In this document: one piece after another, positions 38,208-47,395 of the stretch
How the letters are laid out: each line of letters starts with the position of its first letter
Position numbering within the stretch: position 1 is the first letter of the stretch
Assembly (NCBI GenBank): GCA_963749155.1
Contig: CAVVLO010000002.1
Span: 1,504,001 to 1,568,000, forward strand
Length of the DNA stretch: 64,000 nt
Reading direction: 5' to 3'
From: an uncultured Armatimonadia bacterium
Lineage (GTDB): Bacteria; Armatimonadota; Zipacnadia; CAVVLO01
Translations under genes and position numbers: made by a program
The notes under the pieces: model-generated
Seen by the model: only the letters and a program-made list of their open reading frames with translations
Told to the model about the DNA's origin: nothing
Databases searched by the model: none

Positions 38208-40598
38208 ATGCGCAATCATCTAGTTGCCCTTTGTCTGGCTGCCTTGATGCTGGTGGTGTTAGCCAGCCTGGGTTTTGCTCAGACATGGCCCTTCTTTAGA
38301 GGCAATGTTGAGGGTACGGGAGTGGCTGGTGTTGAACTGACCCCGCCTTTCGCCTTGCAGTGGAAGTATGAATCCGGCGCAGCAATGCCTTCTTCAGGCT
38401 CGATGCCCGCCGAGATGACCTCAACCCCTGCCAGCGACGGCAAGAATGTCTATTTCGGCAGCGGCAACAAGGTTTATGCTTGCGAGCTGGACTCGGGCGC
38501 CAAGTTGTGGGATTACACCACAGACGGCCTCGTGCAGGGCGCGCTGGCAGTCTCGGGGGACCTGGTGCTGTTCGGCACTGCGCCAAGCGGCGTTGATACC
38601 CGCGCTGGGATAGGCGGCAGTGTCTATGCCATCACCGCTTCCGGCGGCAAGGTAAAGTGGCAGATGCGCAGGACGGAGGCAGGTTTTCGCTCCTCGCCGG
38701 TTGTAGCCGACGGCAAGGTCTTCATCGGGTCAGACGATTCCAATATCTACTGCCTGGACCTGGCCACTGGCCGGGTGCTGTGGCAGCAGTCAACCGGAGG
38801 CTGCGTGCTTAGCGCTCCCTCTATTGATAATGATGTGCTCTTCGTAACCTCGACGAGTGGACAGCTTCAATGCATGGAAATCGATACCGGCCAGCCTCTT
38901 TGGTCGACCGGCCTCGCCTCGCGCAAGGCCGTATCATCACCTTGCATCGGCGCAAAGTATGTCTTCATCGGCGCCGGGCAAACTATGTCGGCTTTTAGCA
39001 AGCGCAGTGGCGGGCTGCTTTGGTCAGTCCCAACCAAGGAAGTCGTCGCCTGCACCGCCGCGGTTGCTGATGGTGTTGTCTACTTCGGAGATGAATCTGG
39101 CGAGCTATACGCTGTGACCGAAGCTTCGGGCGACCCGGTCTGGAAGATCGACATAAAAACCAAAATCGAAAGCTCTCCCGCCATCCTTGGTAAATATCTG
39201 CTGGTGCGGGGCGCTCACGGTGTAGTCGTTATGGTCGACCGGGTAAAGGCCGAGACCGAGCTTATGCGGGGCGAGTCGCGCCTGGTCTGGTCGTATCGCA
39301 CCTCCCCGTCTTACTACGAACTGGTAGGCTATGCGACCCTCTCAGGTATGGGGAGCCAGTTTATGGGCTCCAGCGGTATGGGCTTCGGCGCTGGGCCGAT
39401 GGGAAGTTCCGGCTTCGGCGGTAACATCGCGGCTGGCGTATTGAACGCTGGTGGCGCTGGCGCAGGCCCGGGCAGTTTCCAGGCCAGCAACTGGCGTCAG
39501 GGGAATGTTGAGACTCTCACCGGGGCCTCGGGCACCAGTCTTGAACAGCGCGGACAGCGCGCTGGAGCCTTGGCTGGCCAGGGAGCTTTCGGTGGTATGT
39601 TCGGGCAGTCCTGGGGCACTGGCGCGATGGGCGTTCAGGGTGGCTTGCAAGGACTGACCGGCGCCGGCGCGCCGATGGGCGGTATGCCGGGTGGTATGGG
39701 CGCCCCTGGTATGGGCGGAATGGGAATGGCCGGCGGCATGGCAGGTGGTATGGGGATGGCCGGTGGCATGGGCACAGGCAGCATGGTGCCAGCCAGGCTG
39801 ACGCTTGAGGAAGAGATCCTGCTACGCCGTACCATCGATGGTCAGAACTCCGCGTCGGTGCGGGCCTCGCTCACCACTAGCGGCCAGGATCCCGACGACA
39901 CGCTGCAGAGCGCGTCTTTCACCAAGCATGTGCGTCCCTCGGTCGTCGTAGCCAACGGGATGGTACTTGTCTGGGGCGATGATGGCGCTTTGTACTCGCT
40001 CAAGCCCAATTACGTGGACAATGAGGCACCGTCGATTGTCGCGCCGCAGCTTGCAATCGCAACTGCCAATCCAGAATACATCGCCACCTATATGGTGCCC
40101 GACCCAACTCCGCAGCAGCAGCTCGTGGGCATCGCCGCGAAGCTTGCGCCTCTGCCGGGCCGGCCGCCGCTGACGCTGTCGGCGGTAGTCTTCGATGAGG
40201 GCAGCGGTATCAATGCGAGCGCCTTGCGCGTGTCGCTCGATGGCAAGCCTTACGATGATTACAAGTGGGATCCCCAGACCCGCGAAGTGCAAATAACTTA
40301 CGAGCCGAAAGAGACTCTTGAGGCTCTGGCTGATGGCTCGCATACCTTCTCGGTGGTCGCCAGTGACTGGGCCGGCAACCTGGCCCGGAAAGACTGGACC
40401 TTCCAAATCGACAACAGTGTCTCACCGCCCGAAGGCCCCGCGGTTAGCACCACCGGTATGGGTGGTATGAGCGGCGGAATGATGCCCGGCGGTATGGGTA
40501 TGCCTGGTGGCATGGGCGGTATGGGCGGTATCGGCGGCGCCGCTGGTGGCGCAGCGGGTGGCAGAGCCGGTTTCCGTATGGGTAGTGGGATGCGCTAA
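38208..40598 (+). CDS. Secreted PQQ-like beta-propeller (BamB-like) protein with Gly/Met-rich regions and a C-terminal Ig-like domain
   Basis: Signal peptide, WPFFRG, repeated SSPVVADGKVFIGS...G..LW blades, two GGM tracts and DGSHTFSVVASDWAGN. Confidence 0.85.
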   Translation: MRNHLVALCLAALMLVVLASLGFAQTWPFFRGNVEGTGVAGVELTPPFALQWKYESGAAMPSSGSMPAEMTSTPASDGKNVYFGSGNKVYACELDSGAKLWDYTTDGLVQGALAVSGDLVLFGTAPSGVDTRAGIGGSVYAITASGGKVKWQMRRTEAGFRSSPVVADGKVFIGSDDSNIYCLDLATGRVLWQQSTGGCVLSAPSIDNDVLFVTSTSGQLQCMEIDTGQPLWSTGLASRKAVSSPCIGAKYVFIGAGQTMSAFSKRSGGLLWSVPTKEVVACTAAVADGVVYFGDESGELYAVTEASGDPVWKIDIKTKIESSPAILGKYLLVRGAHGVVVMVDRVKAETELMRGESRLVWSYRTSPSYYELVGYATLSGMGSQFMGSSGMGFGAGPMGSSGFGGNIAAGVLNAGGAGAGPGSFQASNWRQGNVETLTGASGTSLEQRGQRAGALAGQGAFGGMFGQSWGTGAMGVQGGLQGLTGAGAPMGGMPGGMGAPGMGGMGMAGGMAGGMGMAGGMGTGSMVPARLTLEEEILLRRTIDGQNSASVRASLTTSGQDPDDTLQSASFTKHVRPSVVVANGMVLVWGDDGALYSLKPNYVDNEAPSIVAPQLAIATANPEYIATYMVPDPTPQQQLVGIAAKLAPLPGRPPLTLSAVVFDEGSGINASALRVSLDGKPYDDYKWDPQTREVQITYEPKETLEALADGSHTFSVVASDWAGNLARKDWTFQIDNSVSPPEGPAVSTTGMGGMSGGMMPGGMGMPGGMGGMGGIGGAAGGAAGGRAGFRMGSGMR

Positions 40599-40623
40599 AG
40601 CCACACCACGCGAGGTGCCTTGA

Positions 40624-41010
40624 ATGGTCTTTGTCTGGTTGATGCTCGCGGCGGTAGTCGGGATTGCCTTCACGTTCTTCGCGCAGGTTAATACGGCCTC
40701 GGTAAGCCTGGTGCTACCGGTCGAACCGCTTGGGCTGGAGAATATCTACATCACGACGTCTACCTGGGAGCTTATCGCCCTGGTGTTCGTGTTCGGCATT
40801 GCCCTGACTGCCCTGGTGGCCGTGTTCGGTGGAATAATGCGGGGCTCGGAAGCAGGCAAGCTGAAGAGCGAACTTGGCGCTTGCCAGCAGAAGTCAAAGA
40901 AGCTGGCTGAGCGCGTCCAGCAACTCGAGGCGGAACTGGCCCAGACCAAAGTAGAAGCTGAAGTCGTAATACCCGACAGCAAACCCGGCGAAGAGCCCAA
41001 GTCAGACTAG
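40624..41010 (+). CDS. LapA/DUF1049-like small membrane protein with coiled coil
   Basis: TM, then F..N...VSL, a second TM and a coiled-coil tail. Confidence 0.6.
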   Translation: MVFVWLMLAAVVGIAFTFFAQVNTASVSLVLPVEPLGLENIYITTSTWELIALVFVFGIALTALVAVFGGIMRGSEAGKLKSELGACQQKSKKLAERVQQLEAELAQTKVEAEVVIPDSKPGEEPKSD

Positions 41011-41087
41011 GCCACGAGTGCTATTTCTGGACCTTACGAGGGGTCGCGATGGCGCGGCCCCTCGCTTCTTGTACGGAGTTTTTCGCC

Positions 41088-41116
41088 TTGACTGAGGGGG
41101 CGTCAATTTATATACT
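41088..41116 (+). promoter_or_regulatory. Sigma70-type promoter for the tadA-tRNA-ffs cluster
   Basis: TTGACT-17 nt-TATACT. Confidence 0.6.
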
Positions 41117-41133
41117 GCAGCTTGCCCAAAGGT

Positions 41134-41640
41134 ATGGAGCGCGTTCACTTTATGGAGATGGCGCTGGCCCAGGCGAAGCGCGCCGCCGAGCTTGGAGAGG
41201 TGCCTGTCGGTTGCGTGGTGACTCGCGGCGAGGAAGTTCTCGCGGCGACTCATAACCTTACCGAGACCCTCCAGGAGCCGTCCGCTCACGCCGAATTGCT
41301 GGCGCTGAGACAGGCCGCGCGCAAGGTGGGCAGTTGGCGGCTTGAAGGCTGTGACCTGTATGTCACCCTCGAGCCTTGCCTGATGTGCTGCGGGGCACTG
41401 GTACTCGCGCGCATCCAGACTCTGATATACGCCGCGACCGATCCCAAGGCCGGGGCGGTTACGAGCAAGTTTGAGACGCTTGCGCCAGGCCGGCTCAACC
41501 ACGAGGTTCAGGTGGAAGCCGGCTGTTTGAAGGAGGAGGCCTCCCTCCTGTTGAAGTCGTTTTTCAAGCGACTTCGAGGCCAGAAGCAACGCGGAGAGAT
41601 GGCTGAGCTGGACGAAGGCGCTCGACTCGAAATCGAGTAG
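41134..41640 (+). CDS. tadA: tRNA adenosine(34) deaminase
   Basis: GEVPVGCVV, AHAE, LYVTLEPCLMCCGA, DPKAGA and FFKRLR; stop codon lies inside the tRNA-Ser gene. Confidence 0.95.
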   Translation: MERVHFMEMALAQAKRAAELGEVPVGCVVTRGEEVLAATHNLTETLQEPSAHAELLALRQAARKVGSWRLEGCDLYVTLEPCLMCCGALVLARIQTLIYAATDPKAGAVTSKFETLAPGRLNHEVQVEAGCLKEEASLLLKSFFKRLRGQKQRGEMAELDEGARLEIE

Positions 41641-41688
41641 CGGGGTTAACAGCCCCGCTCGTGGGTTCGAATCCCACTCTCTCCGCCA
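41593..41688 (+). tRNA. tRNA-Ser(CGA)
   Basis: GGAGAGA/TCTCTCC acceptor stem, G discriminator and CCA; CTCGA-CT CGA AA-TCGAG anticodon arm; long variable arm; GGTTCGAATCC. Confidence 0.96.
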
Positions 41689-41726
41689 CTTGTTGTCTGT
41701 TACAATGAACTGGTTGTTGTACACGC

Positions 41727-41822
41727 GGAGAGATGTCCGAGCTGGCCGAAGGAGCGCCCCTGGAAAGGGCGTAGGGGGAGCGAACCTCTCCCTCGTGGGT
41801 TCAAATCCCACTCTCTCCGCCA
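41727..41822 (+). tRNA. tRNA-Ser(GGA)
   Basis: GGAGAGA acceptor; CGCCC-CT GGA AA-GGGCG anticodon arm; long variable arm; GGTTCAAATCC; GCCA end. Confidence 0.96.
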
Positions 41823-41841
41823 TTTATTGCAGTACTCGGTT

Positions 41842-42107
41842 TGGTGCTAGGCGGGGCGCTAGCGGTGCCCTGAACCCGAAATCCGCTCTATGCGGGGCTG
41901 AATCCCCACCCGAGGCTCAAGATCGGCAGGTCTGCCCCAGGCAAGTAGTGTTGAAGATTGGGTCGCACGCGACGCCGGCCCGCCCAACTCCGCCAGGACC
42001 GGAAGGTAGCAACGGCAAGTGGGTTCAGGCGAGTGCCGTGCCTACGCCTGATCCGAGCTGGCTGTCTGGGTAACGCTGTACGAATTGGGTCGACGGTGGG
42101 TGCACCA
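41842..42107 (+). ncRNA. ffs: Large (Alu-containing) signal recognition particle RNA
   Basis: 5' GTGCTAGGCGGGG..TAGCGGTGCCCTG..AATCCGCTCTA resembles Bacillus scRNA; helix 8 CCAGGACCGGAAGGTAGCAAC; TGGTGC/GCACCA termini; located before dnaX. Confidence 0.92.
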
Positions 42108-42130
42108 TTTAAAAGTTCCGAGGAGACTTG

Positions 42131-43903
42131 ATGTCCACGCAGAGCCACCAGTCTCTCTACTTGAAGTACAGGCCCCAGGATTTCACTTCCCTGGTGGGTC
42201 AGAAGCATGTGAGAGAAACCCTGCGCAATGCGGTAAGGGCCGAGCAGATATCGCATGCCTATCTGTTTTGTGGCCCGCGTGGCACCGGCAAGACCAGCAC
42301 GGCGCGTATCCTGGCCAGGGCAATCAACTGCCTCGGGCCGGTGGACGGCGAGCCTTGCGGCGTCTGCGAAAACTGTCTGCTTATCCTCAGCGGGCGCTCA
42401 ATGGATATTATCGAGCTTGATGCCGCGTCCAACCGGCGCATCGATGACATCCGCGATCTGAGGGAGAAGATCCGCGTCGCCCCCTCTCAGCTTCCCAAGA
42501 AGGTCTACATCATTGACGAGGTGCATCAACTCGTCTCCGAGGCCTTCAACGCCCTGCTCAAGACACTGGAAGAACCGCCCGATTTCGCCCACCTGGTGCT
42601 GGCCACCACCGAGCCTCAAAAAGTGCCCGAGACCATCCGCTCGCGCTGTCAGCGGTTCGATTTCCGCCGCGTGGCGACCGAAGACCTGGCTGAGCGACTG
42701 CGTTATGTGGTCGGCGAGGAAGGTATGGGCTTCGAAGAAGCTGCCCTTTACGCCATCGCGCGCGCGGCCGACGGTGGGATGCGCGATGGGCTCTCGATGC
42801 TCGAACAGGTGGCCGCCTATTCGCGCGGTCAGATATCACTCGAGGCGGTCGGCGCGGTGCTTGGGACGGTGGATACGGACTTCCTGCTTACCCTTTCCGA
42901 AGCGCTTGGGGCCAGGCAGACCGAGCGCGTGATGCTGCTGATTCGCCAGGCGGTGGAAGAAGGCAAAGACATCGCCCAGTTGCTGGGAGAATTGATTGGT
43001 CACTTCCGCGACTTGCTGCTGTTGAAATCGGGCACCAGTTTCGAGGCCATGCACTTGCCGACGGCTTATGAGCATCGTTTCGAAGCGGCTGTGGCGGGTT
43101 TCTCGGTGGCTCATCTGCTGGCCTTGCTAGAGCTGCTGGCTGAGACTGAGAAGGATCTGCGGTGGAGCACCCAGCATGCCCTGCTGCTTGAGGTAGCCCT
43201 GGTGCGGGCACTTTATCTGCTGCAATATGGCGGAGCGCCAACTCTGGTGGCTGCTCCTGTTTCCACGACCGCGGACGCCCCCAGGCCCAGGCCTCAGGCG
43301 CAAGCCGCCCCGAAGCCTTCCGAACAGGAAGAGAGTTCCGAGGCAGCCACCGCGACTGAGCCACTAAAAGTGGCTAAGCCAGTGCCCGAACCAGAGGCCG
43401 AACCAGCCCCGGAGGCGCCCGCCGACCCAAGGCCTGCTACAAGCCAGAATCTGATTGAGATCTTGCGCGCGCGCCTGGAGAAAGAGGGCGAGGTGTCGCT
43501 TGCTACTATGGTGTGCCAGCTCTGGGTAGAGGAAGATTCGCCTGCGAAACTGGTGCTGGCGACCGATTATGCCTTTTGTTATGAGCGTCTGAAGACCGGC
43601 GACAAGTGGGATGTGCTCGAAAGCCAGGCCAAGGCGCTTCTGGGCGCGGAAAAGCAGATCGATTTCGTGCTGAGAGAAAAAAAAAGCCTAAATCCTGAGC
43701 CTGTAACAACCGAAGCTTCGACCGAACCGGTCGCTGCGCTTACAGTGACCAGCGTAGTGCAAGACATACTGGCGCGTTTCCCCGAGGCCCAAATCGTGGA
43801 CGCGCCTCCAGAAGGTGAACCGGATGAACCTGAACAAGCAGATGCTGCAGATGGCCAAGCAGATGCAGCAGAAGATGACCCAGATGCAGGAGGAACTGGC
43901 TGA
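42131..43903 (+). CDS. dnaX: DNA polymerase III subunit gamma/tau
   Basis: KYRPQDF, GPRGTGKT, CGVCENC, ELDAAS, IIDEVH, TIRSRC and GGMRD; A9 run at 43677-43685; 3' end overlaps ybaB by 80 nt. Confidence 0.97.
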   Translation: MSTQSHQSLYLKYRPQDFTSLVGQKHVRETLRNAVRAEQISHAYLFCGPRGTGKTSTARILARAINCLGPVDGEPCGVCENCLLILSGRSMDIIELDAASNRRIDDIRDLREKIRVAPSQLPKKVYIIDEVHQLVSEAFNALLKTLEEPPDFAHLVLATTEPQKVPETIRSRCQRFDFRRVATEDLAERLRYVVGEEGMGFEEAALYAIARAADGGMRDGLSMLEQVAAYSRGQISLEAVGAVLGTVDTDFLLTLSEALGARQTERVMLLIRQAVEEGKDIAQLLGELIGHFRDLLLLKSGTSFEAMHLPTAYEHRFEAAVAGFSVAHLLALLELLAETEKDLRWSTQHALLLEVALVRALYLLQYGGAPTLVAAPVSTTADAPRPRPQAQAAPKPSEQEESSEAATATEPLKVAKPVPEPEAEPAPEAPADPRPATSQNLIEILRARLEKEGEVSLATMVCQLWVEEDSPAKLVLATDYAFCYERLKTGDKWDVLESQAKALLGAEKQIDFVLREKKSLNPEPVTTEASTEPVAALTVTSVVQDILARFPEAQIVDAPPEGEPDEPEQADAADGQADAAEDDPDAGGTG

Positions 43904-44141
43904 GACCGAAGTCGAGGGCAGTTCTGGCGGTGGGATGGTAAAAGCCTGGGCGACCGGCCTGGGAGAGTTCCTGAGGATTGAGATATCTCCCGAGGTCATA
44001 GATCCCGAGGATAAGGAGATGCTCGAGGATCTCGTCACGACCGCCGTGCGCGACGCACTCGAGAAGGGCAAGGCGCTTCACGCCGAGAAGATGGGCGCGA
44101 TTATGCCCGGCGGTATGGGCGGAATGCCCGGACTGTTCTAG
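43824..44141 (+). CDS. ybaB: YbaB/EbfC nucleoid-associated protein
   Basis: QMQQKM..MQEEL...VEGSSGGGMV and DPEDKEMLEDLV; follows dnaX. Confidence 0.93.
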   Translation: MNLNKQMLQMAKQMQQKMTQMQEELAETEVEGSSGGGMVKAWATGLGEFLRIEISPEVIDPEDKEMLEDLVTTAVRDALEKGKALHAEKMGAIMPGGMGGMPGLF

Positions 44142-44212
44142 GCCAGTCATACAAGCCACCGCCGGCTTCTGGGCGCTGCCTGGTGGCCGGCTCTAGTGCG
44201 GGAGGGACCGCA

Positions 44213-45475
44213 ATGGGTTCACGCGAGGAGTTCTTCGCGGCGGTTGATGCGCTGCCGGTAATTGACACCCACGAGCATCTCGAGACCGAACAGGACCGCA
44301 ACAAGGCGCCTCTCGACTTCTTCCACTGGTTCTCTCACTATGCCTCCTCAGACCTTATAAGCGCGGGGATGCCGGGGGCCGACCTCGATTATTGTCGTGG
44401 GAGCGAGAATCCCCTCGAAGAGCGCTGGAACCGGTTCGAGCACTGGTGGGAGCGCACCAGGAACACCGCCTACTGCAAGGCGCTGGAGCTGGCCGCGCGC
44501 GACCTGTTCGGCGTCGAGGAGATAACCCGCGCCACGGTAGGGACGCTGTCCGAGCGCCTAGAAGCCACCCGCCAGCCTGGCTGGTACAAGGTAGTGATGC
44601 GGGAGAAGTGCAATATCCGCAAAGCCATCTTCTGCGGCGACCACCCTCATCTCGATCGCGAACTTTTCACGCCCGTCTACCACGTCGATGGGCTTATCTC
44701 GCCCTTGGGCAAGCAGCAGCTTGATTGGTTCGGCCACCAGTTTGAGGTAAGTGTGCACAGCCTGCGCGACATGCTTGTCTTGTACGACAAGGTGATGGAA
44801 CGCACGGCTCAGGGCTTCTGCGGCTACAAGCTGGCGATCGCCTATCAGCGGACGCTCTCCTTCCCCAGGACGAATCAGGAAGATGCGGAACGAGTCTTCA
44901 ACCGGCTCTTCCAGGCGCCCGGTAACGCTATCAGCCCGCTGGAAGCGCTGCCCCTGCAGAACTGGCTGCTGCACGAGTTGCTTGCGCGAATCGAAGCGAC
45001 CGGCAAGCCACTGCAGGTGCACACCGGCCTGCAGGAGGGCAACGGCAACTACATCACCAACAGCAAAGCCAGCCATCTGGCCAATCTGTTCGCCGACTTC
45101 CCAAAGCTCAAATTCGATATCTTCCACGGCAGCTACCCTTATATGGGAGAGCTTGGGACGCTGGCGAAAAACTTCCCCAACGTGTTCATTGATATGTGCT
45201 GGATGCACGTCATTTCGCCGTATGCCTCTCGCGTGGCGCTTCGAGAGTGGCTCGAAACAGTACCAGCGACCAAGATTAGCGCCTTCGGGGGCGACTATAT
45301 CTTCATCGAAGGAACTTATGCCCATTGCAAGCTGGCCAAGGCGGATGTTGCGGAAGTGCTCTGGCAACGCATCGAAGAGGGGCAGGATGATGAGGCTTCG
45401 GCCCTGGCGCTGGCCAGGCGGCTGCTCTTTGACAACCCCAGAGAACTCTTCGGGCTAGAGGTAGACGGCGGGTGA
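44213..45475 (+). CDS. Amidohydrolase_2 family protein, paralog 1
   Basis: IDTHEH, GYKLA, QVHTG, IFHGSYPY and FGGD. Confidence 0.88.
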   Translation: MGSREEFFAAVDALPVIDTHEHLETEQDRNKAPLDFFHWFSHYASSDLISAGMPGADLDYCRGSENPLEERWNRFEHWWERTRNTAYCKALELAARDLFGVEEITRATVGTLSERLEATRQPGWYKVVMREKCNIRKAIFCGDHPHLDRELFTPVYHVDGLISPLGKQQLDWFGHQFEVSVHSLRDMLVLYDKVMERTAQGFCGYKLAIAYQRTLSFPRTNQEDAERVFNRLFQAPGNAISPLEALPLQNWLLHELLARIEATGKPLQVHTGLQEGNGNYITNSKASHLANLFADFPKLKFDIFHGSYPYMGELGTLAKNFPNVFIDMCWMHVISPYASRVALREWLETVPATKISAFGGDYIFIEGTYAHCKLAKADVAEVLWQRIEEGQDDEASALALARRLLFDNPRELFGLEVDGG

Positions 45476-46759
45476 AGCGACAGGACGCGCTAACCGAGCT
45501 GCGTGAATACATCGCAGGTCTTTGGATCGTAGACACGCACGAGCACCTCGTGCCCGAGACCGAGCGTTGCGCGACCCAGCGTGATTTCTCGGAGCTTTTC
45601 CGCACCTACACCGGCAATATGCTCCTCTCCGCGGGGATGTCGCCGGTCGATTTCAACGAGTTTATGCGCCCGCACACCGACCAGGCCCGCAAGTGGGCGC
45701 TTGTTGCGCCCTGGCTCCCGCACGTAAAACGGCTTGGATACTGGCAGGCAATCCAAATCGCCCTACGAGACCTGTTTGATATACATGAGTTCACCGAGGC
45801 CAGCGCGCAGGCGCTTTCCGAGCGACTCCAGGCAGCAAATAAACCAGGCTGGTATGCCGAGGTGTTTGCCAAGGCGCGCATCGCCCGCTGCGTGTGGGAT
45901 CGAACCTGGGCAGGGACAGGCCTCGACTCTGACCGCGCAGCTGTTCGCTCCGGTGGTGCGTTACGACCGGTTCGTGATGCTCAGCAGCGCAGGCGAGGTG
46001 GCCCGACTCGAGGCGGAGCTTGAAGTTTCAATCCACTCACTTGCCGACCTGGAGCTTGCACTCGAGCGACGCTTCGAGCTGGACCTTGCCGCCGGGATGG
46101 TCGGGGTGAAGTCTGGCCTGGCCTATGCGCGCACTCTTGATTTCGCCAAACCGACCTTCCAGGAAGCCGATCGAGTTTTCTCTCGCTTCAGCGCGCAGCC
46201 TGGGCAAGCAGTCAGCCTGGCTGAAGGCAAGCCCCTGCAGGACTGGTTGATGCACCGGGTGCTGCAACTCGTCGAGGAGGCAGGCTTGCCGATTCAGTTC
46301 CACACAGGCTTGCTGTCGGGCAACAGCTATGCGCCCGAAAAGGCGCGCCCAACCCACCTGGCCAATTTGCTGGCTGAATATCCCAAGGTGCGCTTTGCGC
46401 TATTGCATCTCGGCTGGCCAGATGGGGGCGAGTGTATTACACTGGCGAAGAACTTCCCGAACGCGCATGCGGATATGGCCTGGGTCTGGGCAATCTCTCC
46501 CCCTGGGGGCAGAGCCGTCCTGAGGGAACTGCTCGAGACAGTGCCAGCGAGCAAGCTCCACGCTTTTGGGGGCGACTGGCATGAGGTCGAAGGGGCCTAT
46601 GGCCACGCCCAGCTTGCGCGAGAGGGAGTGGCCCAGGTGCTGGCTGACCGAGTCGCCGAAGGCACTGATTCGATACAAGAGGCCAGGCGGCTTGCCAGGA
46701 TGATATTGTTCGAAGCGCCCAGGGCGCTGTATTGTCCAGAACTGGAATATCCAGAATGA
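45472..46759 (+). CDS. Amidohydrolase_2 family protein, paralog 2 (+1 indel near 45937)
   Basis: VDTHEH, GVKSG, QFHTG, LLHLGWP and FGGD; colinear with paralog 1. Confidence 0.85.
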
Positions 46760-46838
46760 TTTACTGATATGGGAACGTCTGGCGTCCTTATTCCGTTGTT
46801 TCTGTATGGCAATCTTGGATTCGAGGTGAGCGCTTCAG

Positions 46839-47261
46839 ATGGGCGTCAAAGGATATTGGGGAGCCGGAGTTTTTCTGGTGGTACTTTTCGCGATGGTGCT
46901 TAGTGCTATCTTGATCCCAGAAAGACAGGAAGAAAAAGATACGGGCTTGCCCTCCAGCGCAGACGAGCTTATTGCTGCAGCCAAAACGCTGTCAGTTGGC
47001 GCGCCTGAGTCAACTATCCTGGCAGTTATGGGAGAGCCAAAAGGCAAGCAAGAACTGATGCCTGGCCTGGTCCGCTGGAGCTGGGGCGACGTTACCATCT
47101 CTGTCTACAAGGGCAAGATCTGCGGGATGGAAGGCTGCAACCTGATGACCAGGGGAGAGATGATCCCCGCCGAGTTGCAGACACCCGAGAATCTGAAACC
47201 GAAACCGCTCTCACCCGCAGGCAAGTCGCCGGCCGAATCTGCGGCCAGCGCTGGCGAATAA
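46839..47261 (+). CDS. Small membrane-anchored hypothetical protein (BamE/SmpA-like motif)
   Basis: N-terminal TM; LSVGAPESTILAVMGEP...WSW. Confidence 0.55.
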   Translation: MGVKGYWGAGVFLVVLFAMVLSAILIPERQEEKDTGLPSSADELIAAAKTLSVGAPESTILAVMGEPKGKQELMPGLVRWSWGDVTISVYKGKICGMEGCNLMTRGEMIPAELQTPENLKPKPLSPAGKSPAESAASAGE

Positions 47262-47327
47262 CTAGCCGCGGCGCCTTGTCGCCTGGTGAGAACTGGGCGA
47301 TGGGGAAACTGCTTTGCAGCGCTCTAA

Positions 47328-47366
47328 GAACGCCTGTTTGCATTTTTCGGTAAGGCAGCTTATAAT
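47328..47366 (+). promoter_or_regulatory. lexA promoter with overlapping Cheo-type SOS box
   Basis: GAAC-GCCT-GTTT (47328-47339) overlaps TTGCAT-17 nt-TATAAT. Confidence 0.65.
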
Positions 47367-47395
47367 AGCTCTGAAGACCACCCAGGGGAGGAGCT

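Noticed and set aside
41593..41822. Long-variable-arm tRNAs as tRNA-Sec or as integration sites
   Set aside because: Anticodons are CGA and GGA (Ser); no integrase or duplicated tRNA 3' end elsewhere in the window
41002..41823. 273-aa minus-strand ORF (MAERVGFEPT...)
   Set aside because: Antisense translation of two tRNA genes and tadA
43824..43903. Acidic DnaX tail overlapping ybaB as a functional domain
   Set aside because: It is the alternative frame of the Met/Gln-rich ybaB start, and an indel near 43810 cannot be excluded
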